Assembly: GCF_964213995.1 (NCBI RefSeq) | Contig: NC_135830.1 | Span: forward strand, 17,112,001-17,176,000 | Length of the DNA: 64,000 bases | From: Mustelus asterias | Lineage: Eukaryota | Direction: 5' to 3' | Part shown: piece by piece, positions 47,699 through 58,243 of the stretch | Numbering within the stretch: position 1 is the first letter of the stretch | How the letters are laid out: every line of letters starts with the position of its first letter | Program-made: the position numbers and the translations under genes | The notes under the pieces: generated by a model | The model's database searches: none | The model's input: only the letters and a program-made list of their open reading frames with translations | What the model was told of the DNA's origin: nothing

Positions 47699-50662
47699 GG
47701 GAACCAAAGCAAAGGTGATTTAACTGAAGGGGAACCAGGGACTAGGGCCAATAAGACTCAGAGAAGGAGCAGGCAGGGTGTCGTTGATATCAAAGAGGGT
47801 CTGGTGGACTGAAGTGCATTTCTTTCAATGCGAGAAGCGTAACAGGTAAGGCAGATGAACTTGGAGCTTGGATTAGGACTTGGAACTATGATGTTGTTGC
47901 TATTACAGAGACTTGGTTAAGGGAAGGACAGGATTGGCAGCTTAACGTCCCAGGATACAGATGTTTCAGGCGGGATAGAGAGGGATGTAAAAGGGGTGAG
48001 GGAGTTGCACTAGTTAAGGAGAATATCACAGTTGTACTGCGGGAGGACAACTCAGAGGGCTCATACAGCGAGGCAATATGGGTAGAGCTCAGGAATAGGA
48101 AGGGCATAGTCACAATGTTGGCGGTTTACTATAGGCCGCCCAACTGCCAACGGGAGATAGAGATATGTCGGCAGATTTCGGCAAGGTGTAAAAGTAACAG
48201 GGCTGTTGTGGTGGGAGATTTTAACTTCCCCTATATTGACTGGGATTCACTTAGTGCGTGGGGCGTGGATGGGGCAGAGTTTGTAAGGAGCATCCAAGAG
48301 GGCTTCCTGAAACATTATGTAGATAGTCTAACTCGGGAAGGGGCCATAGTGGACCTGGTTTTGGGGAATGAGCCCAGCCAGGTGGTTGACGTTTCAGTAG
48401 GGGAGCAGTTTGGGAACAGTGACCACAATTCAGTAAGCTTTAAGGTACTGATGGATAAAGATAAGTGCAGTCCTCAAGTGAAGGTGCTAAATTGGGGGAA
48501 GGCTAATTACAACAATATTAGGAACTGAAGAATGTAGATTGGGGACAGATGTTTGAGGGCAAATCAACATCTGGAATGTGGGAGGCTTTCACGTGTAAGT
48601 TGATAAGGATTCAGGACCGGCACATTCCTGTAAGGATGAAGGATAAGTATGGCAAGTTTTGGGAACCTTGGATAATGAGAGATATTGTGAGCCTGGTCAA
48701 AGACAAAAAGGAAGCATTTGTCAAAGCTAGGAGGCTGGGAACACACGAAGCAAGTGTGGAATACAAGGAAAGTAGGAAGAAACTTAAGCAAGGAGTAAGG
48801 AGGGTTAAAAGGGATCCGAAAAATCATTGGCCAGCAGGATTAAGGAAAATCCCAAGGCTTTTTATACATATATAAAGAGCAAGAGGGTAGCCAGGGAGAG
48901 GGTTGGCCCACTCAAGGACAAGTGAGGGAATCTATGCGTGGAGCTAAAGGAAATGGGTGAGTACTTTGCATCAGTATTCACCAAAGAGAAGGACTTGGTG
49001 GATGATGAGTCGGGGAAAGAGTGTGTGGATAGTTTGAGTCATGTTGAGATCAAAAAGGAGGAGGTATTGGGGTTCTTGAGAAACATTAAGGTAGACAAGT
49101 CCCCAGGGCCTGATGGGATTTACCCCAGAATACTGAGAGAGGCAAGGGAGGAAATTGCTGGGGCGTTGAGAGAAATCTTTGTATCCTCACTGGCTACAGG
49201 GGAGGTCCCAGAGGATTGGAGAATAGCCAATGTTGTTCCTTTGTTTAAGAAGGGTAGCAAGAATAATCCGGGTAATTACAGGCCGATGAACCTTACATCA
49301 GTAATAGGGAAATTATTGGAGAGGATTCTTCGGACAGGATTTACTCCGACTTGGAAATAAGTGAACATATTAGCGAGAGGCAACCTGGTTTTGTGAAGGG
49401 GAGGTTGTATCTCACTAACTCGATCGAGTTTTTTGAGGAAGTGACGAAGATGATTGAGGGTAGCGCAGTGGATGTTGTCTACATGGACTTCAGTAAGGCC
49501 TTTGACAAGGTCCCTCATGTCAGACTGGTGCAGAAGGTGAAGTCGCATGGGATCAGAGGTGAGCTGGCAAGGTGGATACAAAACTGGCTCGGTCATAGAA
49601 GACAGAGGGTAGCAGTGGAAGGGTGCGTTTCTGAATGGAGGGCTGTGGCAAGTGGCGCTCCTCAGGGATCAGTGCTGGCACCTTTGCTGTTTGTAATATA
49701 TATAAATGATTTGGAGGAAAATGTAACTGGTGTGATTAGCAAGTTTGCGGATGACACAAAGGTTGGTGGATTTGCGGATAGCGATGAGGACCATCAGAGG
49801 ATACAGCAGAATATAGATCGGATGGAGACTTCGGTGGAGAGATGGCAGATGGCATTTAATCCGGACAAATGTGAGGTAATGCATTTTGGAAGGTCTATTA
49901 CAGATGGGAAATATACAGTAAATGGCAGAACCCTTAAGAGTATTCATAGGCAGAGGGATCTGGGTGTACAGGTACACTGGTCATTGAAAGTGGCAATGCA
50001 GGTGGAGAAGGTCGTCAAGAAGGCATACGGCATGCTTGCCTTCATCGGCCGGGGCATTGAGTTTAAAAATTGGCAAGTCATGTTGCAGCTTTATAGAACC
50101 TTAGTTCGGCCCCCCCTTGGAATATAGTGTTCAATTCTGGTCACCACACTACCAGAAGGATGTGGGGGCTTTGGAGAGGGTACGGAAAATATTTATCAGG
50201 ATGTTGCCTGGTGTGGAGGGCATTAGCTATGAGGAGAGGTTGGAGAAACTTGGTTTGTTCTCACTGGAGCGACGGAGGTTGAGGGGAGACCTGATAGAAG
50301 TCTACAAGATTATGAGGGGCATGGACAGAGTGGATAGTCAGAAGCTTTTTCCCAGGGTGGAAGAGTCAATTACTCGGGGGCACAGGTTTAAGGTGCGAGG
50401 GGTAAGGTTTAAAGGAGATGTACGAGGCAAGTTTTTGACACAGAGGGTGGTGGGTGCCTGGAACGCGCTGCCGGGGGAGGTAGTGGAAGCAGATACAATC
50501 GTGACTTTTAAGGGGCGCCTCGACAAATAGATGAAAAGGATGAGAATAGAGGGATATGATCCCCGGAAGGGTAGGGGGTTTTAGTTCAGTCGGGCAGCAT
50601 GGTCGGTGCAGGATTGGAGGGCCAAAGGGCCTGTTCCTGTGCTGTAATTTTCTTTGTTCTTT
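46640..50662 (+). mobile_element. Near full-length CR1 LINE, frameshifted
   Basis: SGNH-esterase-like ORF1 remnant (VIVIGDSI..VCCLPGARV), endonuclease (YYRPPN, GDFN, SDHN), RT (FSKAFDKVPH, PQGSVL, FADDTK), TTCTTTG-type tail. Confidence 0.9.
47136..47487 (+). mobile_element. Full-length HE1-like SINE inserted in CR1 ORF1
   Basis: GGGGCGGCACGGTAGCACAGTGG head and (TTTCTATGA)n tail; preceded by a 131-bp templated extension. Confidence 0.9.
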
Positions 50663-50664
50663 GT

Positions 50665-51300
50665 ATCGGGGTGCACTGGGTCACTGTCAGGTCGGGGTCT
50701 TCTTTCGGAGGATCTCGAGACCTGCAAGTAAATTTAAAAGAGCAGTGTTAGTGATTGTTAGGCTGAGAGAGTTTATTTTTCGGAGCGAGGCGACTGTGGA
50801 AGTGGGGAGTGGAGGTTGTGCTTGGAGCCTGCAGGAGGTCGCAGCTCTCCGGCTCAGAGGAGTTGGGAGGAGGGAGGCCTCCAGCCACAGGGATGTCGGT
50901 CTGGTCGTTGGGGACCAACAGAGTGAAGGTCCCAGCTCCCGCGGCATTTTCCTGGGCTCCAGGAGTCCTCCGAATGTAGGCCCAGGCGTCTGGGGCATTT
51001 TCCTGGTCTCTGGAAGCTGCTGTGGAGGAATCCCCGGATCTGGGGCTGCAGCGCCGGCTGCTGCTGCTGCTGCTCACATGGGCAGCTGCTCCGGGGCAAT
51101 TCCACGTCAGTCAAATCGGGTGTCTCCAGGGTCCTGAGGATCACCAAATCTGCAAGAATTTGAATGAAAGCATTGTTAGAGACTTTAAAAGAGTTAGAAT
51201 GAAGTTTCAGAAGCATAGAACAAGAGTAAAAGAATTAGAAGGTATGCTGGGCACAGCTTGCAAGAAGTCGCCTCACTCTGGCGCCATCTTGGAACCGAAG
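50665..51300 (-). mobile_element. Putative LINE 5' end (YY1-type TTCCAAGATGGCG start)
   Basis: Reverse complement starts CTTCGGTTCCAAGATGGCGCC; homologous pieces at 58211-58243 and 60482-60531. Family not identified. Confidence 0.4.
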
Positions 51301-51347
51301 GTACAATTTAGCATGGCCAATCCACCTGACCAGCACATTCCCAAGCT

Positions 51348-51887
51348 TGCCCCTTCTGTGGCCTTGTGGAGTCCGTGGACCATGTCTATGTTGTGTGTCT
51401 TAGGCTGCACTCCCTTTATGTTTTCCTAAAGAACCTTTTAATGATGTTTTGTTTGCACTTCAGTCCCACGCTCCTGATCTACGGACACCCGGTGCGGAGA
51501 GGGGAGGGTCGGGATGGCGACCTCCTCGTGAACCTGCTCCTGGGCCTGGTGAAACGCGCCATTTACCGGTCCAGGCAGCGGGCGATCGAGGGGGCCGTCC
51601 ATCCTGACTGTCTTCCCCTCTACCGCGGCTACGTTCGCGGCCAGGTGTCCCTGGAGAGAGGGAGCATGCGGTGTCCACGGGCACGGTTGACGCCTTCCGC
51701 GCCCGCTGGGCACCGCAGGGGTTGGGATGCGTTATCGACCCTGATAATCACATTTTAATTTGATGTTTTAAGTTTCCTTTGTGCTTCTGTTCTGTTTGGG
51801 CTGTTCCCCCTCCTTTTGGGGAGCTGCCCCTTTTACTTTATCCTTGAGTTAATTTAAGTTGGTTTATTTGGTTTGCCCTAAAAGAGG
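51348..51887 (+). mobile_element. 5'-truncated copy of the same Tx1 family
   Basis: Nearly identical to ~40915-41455 and ends CTAAAAGAGG. Flanked by CCTGACCAGCACAT (51325-51338) and CCTAACCAGCACAT (51888-51901) inside a SINE. Confidence 0.92.
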
Positions 51888-52109
51888 CCTAACCAGCACA
51901 TCTTTGGACAATAAGAGGCAATTTAGCATGGCCAATCCACCTAACTAGCACATCTTGAGTATGGGAGGGAACCAGAGCGCCCGGAGGAAACCCACACAGA
52001 CACGGGAGAACGTACAAACTCCGCACAAACAATGACCCGAGCCGGGAATTGAACCCGGGTCCCTGGTGCTATGAGGCAGTAATGCCAACCGCTGTGCCAC
52101 TGTGTCGCC
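51888..52109 (-). mobile_element. HE1-like SINE (target of the truncated Tx1)
   Basis: SINE core and head; its other part lies at 51301-51338. Confidence 0.75.
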
Positions 52110-52639
52110 ATTTGTGGGACAACAATCAGGAACAACACCTTTCACTTTATACCAATACATGTGACAATAATAAATCAAAGCACGGCACGGTGGCACAGAG
52201 ACAGAGGTCTCGGGTCATGTCTTACCAGGTGCCCTGCAGACACAGTTGATGGGAAACACTTGAGGGTGAGTCAGGTGGACTTGAAAGGTGCACTTTTCCA
52301 CTTGTGTTACACGGTAGTGCGGGCAGAGACAGAGAGGGCAGTGGGCAGAGAGTGCAGAGAGAGAGAGGGCAGACATGCAGCGACAGTGCAAACTCCGCAA
52401 TGAGTGACTCAGTGAGGGAGCCTTATTAGGGCGTGCAAAGGTCACAGACTGATAGACAGGATGAGCCAGGCACTGTTAACTGCAGACATGAACTGTCAGA
52501 GGTGAGCGCCATCCTAAAGTTTATTTACTAGTCACAAGTAAGGCTTACATTAACACTGCAATGAAGTTACTGTGAAAATCCCCCAGTCACTCCACTCGGG
52601 CTCCAGTTCCAGTAACACTGAGGGAGAATTTAGCAGTTT

Positions 52640-53135
52640 AGCAGTACCAAACCAGTCGGTGGGGGGGAGCGGGGAATGATGGGCAGTACCAAACCAGTCG
52701 GTGGGGGGGAGCGGGGAATGATGGGCAGTACCAAATCGGTCGGTGGGGGGGAGTGGGGAATGATGGGCAGAACCAAACTGGTCGGTGGGGGGGGGGAGCT
52801 GGGAATGATGGGCAGTACCAAACTGGTTGGGGGGGGGCGGGTAGCGGGGAATGATGGGCAGTACCAAACGGGTCGGGGGGCGGGGGAGAGCGGGGAATGA
52901 TGGGCAGTACCAAACCGGTCGGTGCGGGGAAGCGGGGAATGATGGGCAGTACCAAACCGGTCGGGGGGAGGAGTGGGGAATGATGGGCAGTACCAAACCG
53001 GTCGGGGGGAGGAGTGGGGAATGATGGGCAGTACCAAACTGGTCCGGGGGTGAATGGGGAATGATGGACAGTACCAAACCGGTCTTGGTTGGGGGGAGGG
53101 GGTGGCTGGGGGGTGGAATGGGCAGTACCAAACCA
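52640..53135 (+). repeat. G-rich ~42-bp minisatellite
   Basis: About 12 units of GGGAATGATGGGCAGTACCAAACCGGTCGG(G)nGAGCG. Confidence 0.88.
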
Positions 53136-53435
53136 TTCGAATTGTGAGAGGGGGAATAATGGACAATACCATATTGGCCAGGGAGCCGGGGGAGATGGGA
53201 TGTGGTGGAATTGATGGGCTGGTCAAAATGTGAGGTGAGGTGGGAGGGAATGCTGGACCGTGCCAAACCAGTGGGGGAGGGGGGAATGTTGATCTGTCCC
53301 CAACTGGTCAAAGTGTGGCCTGAGGGTTCTTGATGGTTTACACTCTGGGGGGGGACATTAATGAGCTGTGAGTCAACCGCTGAGTGAGGATCTGGTTCTA
53401 ACCCCCGCACCCCTTCCTCCTCCTCCAGCAGGAAG

Positions 53436-53585
53436 ATGGCCGGGGCGCTGCTGGGCCGCGTGTGCATTGTGACTGGAGCTTCCCGGGGCATCGGGAAAGG
53501 CATCGCCCTGCAGCTGGGAGAGGCCGGGGCCACCGTCTACATCACCGGCCGCAACATGGACACGCTGCAGACGGCGGCCAAGGAG
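53436..53585 (+). CDS. DHRS1: DHRS1 first coding exon
   Basis: MAGALLGRVCIVTGASRGIGKGIALQLGEAGATVYITGRNMDTLQTAAKE (SDR TGxxxGxG motif); upstream polypyrimidine/AG acceptor and GTGAG donor. Confidence 0.92.
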
Positions 53586-53989
53586 GTGAGGCCGGGGGGG
53601 GGAGGGGAGAGGGGGTGGTGGGTCGGGGGGGGGGGGGGGGGGGGCACCAGGGGACAGATGCGGGACTGGAGCGGCAGCTGGAGAGGAACAATTTTTTAAA
53701 AACACGTGCCTTCCCGACCTCAAAGCTTTCGGTGGCCAGCGGGACGCAGTCTGGGACAGCCGGCGCCCATTTTGTGCACGGCAGGATTCCACGAGGAGCG
53801 GGACCGCCGCCGCAGGACAGTGATGGTGTGGGAGGAAGCCACCCGGCCCATCGTGTTCCACGCCGGTTCTGCGAAGGCGCAATTTAGCACGTCCAATCCC
53901 CCTAACCTGCACATCTTTGGACACTAAGGGGCAATGTAGCATGGCCAATCCACCCTAACCTACACATCTTTTGGACTGTGGGAGTTAAG

Positions 53990-54322
53990 CGGGTTAGCAG
54001 TGGTTAGCACTGCTGCTTCACAGCTCCAGGGTCCTGGGTTCGATTCCCGGCTCGGGTCACTGTCTGTGTGGAGTTTGCACATTCTCCTCATGTCTGCGTG
54101 GGTTTCCTCCGGGTGCTCTGGTTTCCTCCCACACTCCAAAGATGTGTGGGTTAGGTCGATTGGCCATGCTAAAATTGCCCCTTAGTGTCCTGAGATGTGT
54201 AGGTTAGAGGGATTAGTGGGTAAAATATGTAGGGATATGGGGGTAGGGCCTGGGTGGGATTGTGGTTGGTGCAGACTCGATGGGCCAAATGGCCTCTTTC
54301 TGCACTGTAGGCTTTCTATGAT
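53990..54322 (+). mobile_element. HE1-like SINE
   Basis: Consensus match. Confidence 0.82.
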
Positions 54323-54719
54323 CTGTGACACCCAGAGGAAACCCATGCAGACACTAGGAGAACGTGCAGACTCTGCACAGACTGACCCGAATGTAGGCCA
54401 AGTCCTCATAGGACCATCACCTGCATCCCAGGAAGCAGTCCAGTGAACCTCAGTTGCACTCCTATGTCCTTCCTCTGGTAAGGAGAGCGAGACTGTGCAC
54501 TCTGCTCCAGATGTGGCCACGGCAGTGTCCTGTTTAATCGGAAGGTGTTTGACTCTGAGGGCAGCAGCTTACATTCCCTCGCCGATGGGTCTGTGGCCGT
54601 AAACCTTTTGGACAACCTACCCACCGAGTACTCACCCTGAGTGCAATTTTATACTGTCGTCAAATGCAGTGGCCATTTTGTAGAGCGGGAAATGTCACGG
54701 TGTCAAATGCGACAGCCGT

Positions 54720-55483
54720 TGGTGCGGCAACAATAATCTCTCCCTCAATGTCAACAAAACGAAGGCGATTGTCATCAACCTCAGGAAGCGTACAGGAGAA
54801 CATGTCCCTGTCTACATCAACGGGGATGAAGTAGAAAGGGTCGAGACCTTCAAGATTTTGGGGGTCCAGATCACAAACTACTTGTCCTGGTCCCCCCCAT
54901 GCCAACACTATAGTTAAGAAAGCTCACCAACGCCTCTACTTTCTCAGAAGACTCAGGAAATTTGGCATGTCAGCTATGACTAGCCCCAACTATTTTACAG
55001 ATGCACCATAGGAAGCATTCTTTCTGGTTGTATCACAGCTTGGTATGGGTTCCTGCTCTGCCCAAGACCGCAAGGAACTACAAAAGGTTGTGAATGTAGC
55101 CCAATCCATCACGCAAACCAGCCTTCCATCCATTCACTCTGTCTACACTTCCAGCTGCCTCGGCAAAGCAGCCGGCATAATTAAGGACCCCACGCACCCC
55201 GGACATTCTCTCTTCCACCTTCTTCCGTCGGGAAAAGAATAAAAAGTCTGAGGTCACGTACCAACCGACTCAAGAACAGCTTCTTCCCTGCTGCTGTCAG
55301 ACTTTTGAATGGTCTTGCCTCACATTAAGTTGATCTTTCTCTACACCCTAGCTATGATTGTAACACGATATTCTGCACTCCCTCATTTCCTTCTCTATGA
55401 ATGGTATGCTTTGTCTGTATAGCGCGCAAGAAACAATACTTTTCACTCTATACTAATACACGTGACAAAGAATAAATCAAATC
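54720..55483 (+). mobile_element. Rex1/Babar-like LINE 3' fragment
   Basis: NNLSLNVNKTKAIVINLRK...VKKAHQRLYFLRRLRKFGMS, and an AATAAATCAAATCA tail. The same tail occurs at ~12230, 17360, 26330, 28852, 46368 and 57404. Confidence 0.8.
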
Positions 55484-55870
55484 ATTTTGTAGAGCAGGAA
55501 ATGTCCTATCAAATGCGGTGGCCATTTTGTAAATTCCATGGCGACGAAGTGCATCGTGGGATTTTTGCAGTGCGGTCCCCGTCACTTTGCAGAGAAAAAA
55601 AGAGAAGCCGGGTGAAAAGGCCATGACTGCCGCTGGCGGGGAACCTCGGCGGCCATTTTATGCCCCTCAAGATTCTGCGAAGAAAAACAGTTTTACGCTG
55701 CTGTCAGTAGTGGGGGGGGCGGGGGTGGGGGGAGATAGATGTCTCGGGAACGTCACCGTAAGGTCAGTAGGTGGGGGTTAGTGTGTGACCGGGCTGCTGA
55801 GATGCTCCCCCCCCCCCCCCCCCCCCCCCATCGCAGAGTCCCTCACTCTCTTCGTCCTTTCCCCCGGCAG

Positions 55871-56014
55871 GTGGAGGCGCAGGGAGGCCGCTGCGTGCCG
55901 GTGGTGTGCGACTCCACCAGCGAGGAGCAGATCCGCTCGCTCTTTGGCCGGGTCGAGCAGGAACAGGGAGGCCGGCTGGACGTTCTGGTCAACAACGCCT
56001 ACGCGGCGGTGGAG
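55871..56014 (+). CDS. DHRS1: DHRS1 coding exon 2
   Basis: AG|VEAQGGRCVPVVCDSTSEEQIRSLFGRVEQEQGGRLDVLVNNAYAAVE|GT, 144 nt. Confidence 0.92.
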
Positions 56015-56231
56015 GTAGGGCTGAAATTCCGGGCCGGGGACCCGCATGGTGCTGGCGACTCAACGATTCGATTGACCCGGGTGCTAAGTATATATACTCG
56101 AGGGAATCGAGGGGTGAGCTAACCGAGGGGGAAGGGAAGCGGGGGGACTTAAAGATTTCACTGGGGTCGACAGGGAGGGGGAGAGAGAAAGAGGAACTTT
56201 TTCTTCTGGCTGGAGTTTGGGGGGCTGTCGG

Positions 56232-56539
56232 ATAGAATCCCTACAAAGCCGAAGGAGACCATTCGACCCATTTAAAGCTGCACTGACCACAGTCCCACCC
56301 AGGCCCTATCCCCGTAACCCAACATATTTACCCTGCTAATCCCCCTGATAGTAAGGGGCAATCTAGCATGGCCAATCCATCTAACCTGCACATCTTTGGA
56401 GTGTGGGAGGAAACCGGAGCACCCGGAGGAAACCCACGCAGACACGAGGAGAATGTGCAAACTCCACACAGACCGTGACCCGAGCCGGGAATAAAAGTTG
56501 GGTCCCTAGAGCTGTGAGGTAGCAGTGCTAACCACTGTG
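56232..56539 (-). mobile_element. HE1-like SINE
   Basis: Consensus match. Confidence 0.8.
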
Positions 56540-56668
56540 TCGATAGGATCCGGAACAAGCCAGGACAGGACGTGGCGAATGAAGCCTAGCCCATTGCAGA
56601 AGGGGTTAAATGGGATGCCTGTCTGCGCCCTCGTTTGAGGGGTTTTAATCTTCACTTTTCCTCCCTAG

Positions 56669-56748
56669 TCAATTATTTCTGACCATGAGAAGAAATTCTG
56701 GGAGATGCCACCTTCGTTCTGGGATGTGGTCAATGATGTGGGTCTGCG
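56669..56748 (+). CDS. DHRS1: DHRS1 coding exon 3
   Basis: AG|SIISDHEKKFWEMPPSFWDVVNDVGL(R)|GTGAGT, 80 nt; phase fits the next exon. Confidence 0.88.
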
Positions 56749-57879
56749 GTGAGTACTGCAGCGGAGGTGCAGCTGTCTCTCGCTCTCGCTGTCTCTCTCT
56801 CGCTCTTCCCCCCCACTCTGCCCCCCCCTCCCCCCCATCTACATGAAGAACATCTGCTGTCTTACCCCTGCCCTCCCACCAACCTGAGCTTCCCAGATCC
56901 GATTAGGGAACTTCAGACCAGAAGATACTGGAGCAGAATTAGGCCTCTTGGCCCATTGAGTTTGCTCTGCTATTCGATCGTGGCTGATAAGTTTCTCTAC
57001 ACCCATTCTCCCGCCTATTCCCCTGTAACCTTTGACCCCCCTCCACTCCTTACCACCCTCTCTGTACACCTCCCGCTGCCTCGGCAAAGCAGCCGGCATA
57101 ACCAAGGGCCCCACGCACCCCAGACATTCTCTCTTCCACCTTCTTCCGTCAGGAAAAAGATACAAAAGTCTGAGGTCACGTACCAACCGACTCGAGAACA
57201 GCTTCTTCCCTGCTGCTGTCAGACTTTGAATGGACATACCTTGCATTAAGTTGATCTTTGTCTACACCCTAGCTGTGACTGTAACACTACATTCTGCACT
57301 CTCTTGTTTCCTTCTCTATGAACGGTATGCTTTGCCTATATACCGTGCAAGAAACAATACTTTTCACTGTATGTTAATACATGTGACAATAATAAATCAA
57401 ATCAAAAACCGATCAAGAACCTATCTATCTCTGTCTTAAATACACTCAGCGACCTGGCCTCCTCTGTGGCAATGAATTCCACAGGTTCACCAATCTCTCC
57501 AGCTGAAGAAATCTGTGTTCCAAAGGGTTGTCCCTTTCGTCTGAGGATGTTCCCTCTGAACTGAATCTCTCCGACCAATGGGAACATCTTCCCCACGTCC
57601 GCTTTAACCAGGTCTTTCAGTATTCTGTAAGTTTCAATGAGATCCCTCCGTGCCCTCCCCATCCTTCTAAATTCCATCGAGTACAGACCCAGAGTCCTTG
57701 AATGCTCCTTGTACGATAATCCTTCCACTCCCAGGATCGTTCGCGTGAAGCTCCACTTGGTGAGGGGGCCACTTTGACACCCATTCACTCCCCCTCCCCT
57801 GACCTTGTCCACCCCTCCCCCTCCCCCGCTCGTTGACGTACATAGAGTCATCGCGTTTCATCTGCACAGAAAGGCCTAT

Positions 57880-58206
57880 GGTGCAGAAGGAGGCCATTCG
57901 GCCCATCGAGTCTACACCGACCACAATCCCACCCAGGCCCTATCCCCATAACTCCACATACTTACCCAGCTAACCCATCTAACCTACACGTCTTTGGACA
58001 CTAAGAGATAATTTAGCATGGCCAATCCACCTAACCCGCACATCTTTCGGACTGTGGGAGGAAACTGGAGCACCCAGAGAAAACCCATGCAGACACCGGC
58101 TGAGAATGTGTAAACTCCGCACAGACAGTGACCCGAGCTGCGAATTGAACCCAGGTCCCTGGAGCTGTGAGGCAGCAGTGCTAACCACTGTGCCACCATG
58201 CCGCCC
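57880..58206 (-). mobile_element. HE1-like SINE
   Basis: Consensus match. Confidence 0.8.
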
Positions 58207-58243
58207 AGGGAAGCGTAGAACAAGAGTAAAAGATAGTATTAGA

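Noticed and set aside
47629-47700. ~60-nt poly-G tract encoding poly-Gly
   Set aside because: Homopolymer in a dead CR1; length unreliable and no coding support.
52550-53533. 327-aa minus-strand ORF
   Set aside because: Translation of the G-rich minisatellite, antisense to DHRS1.
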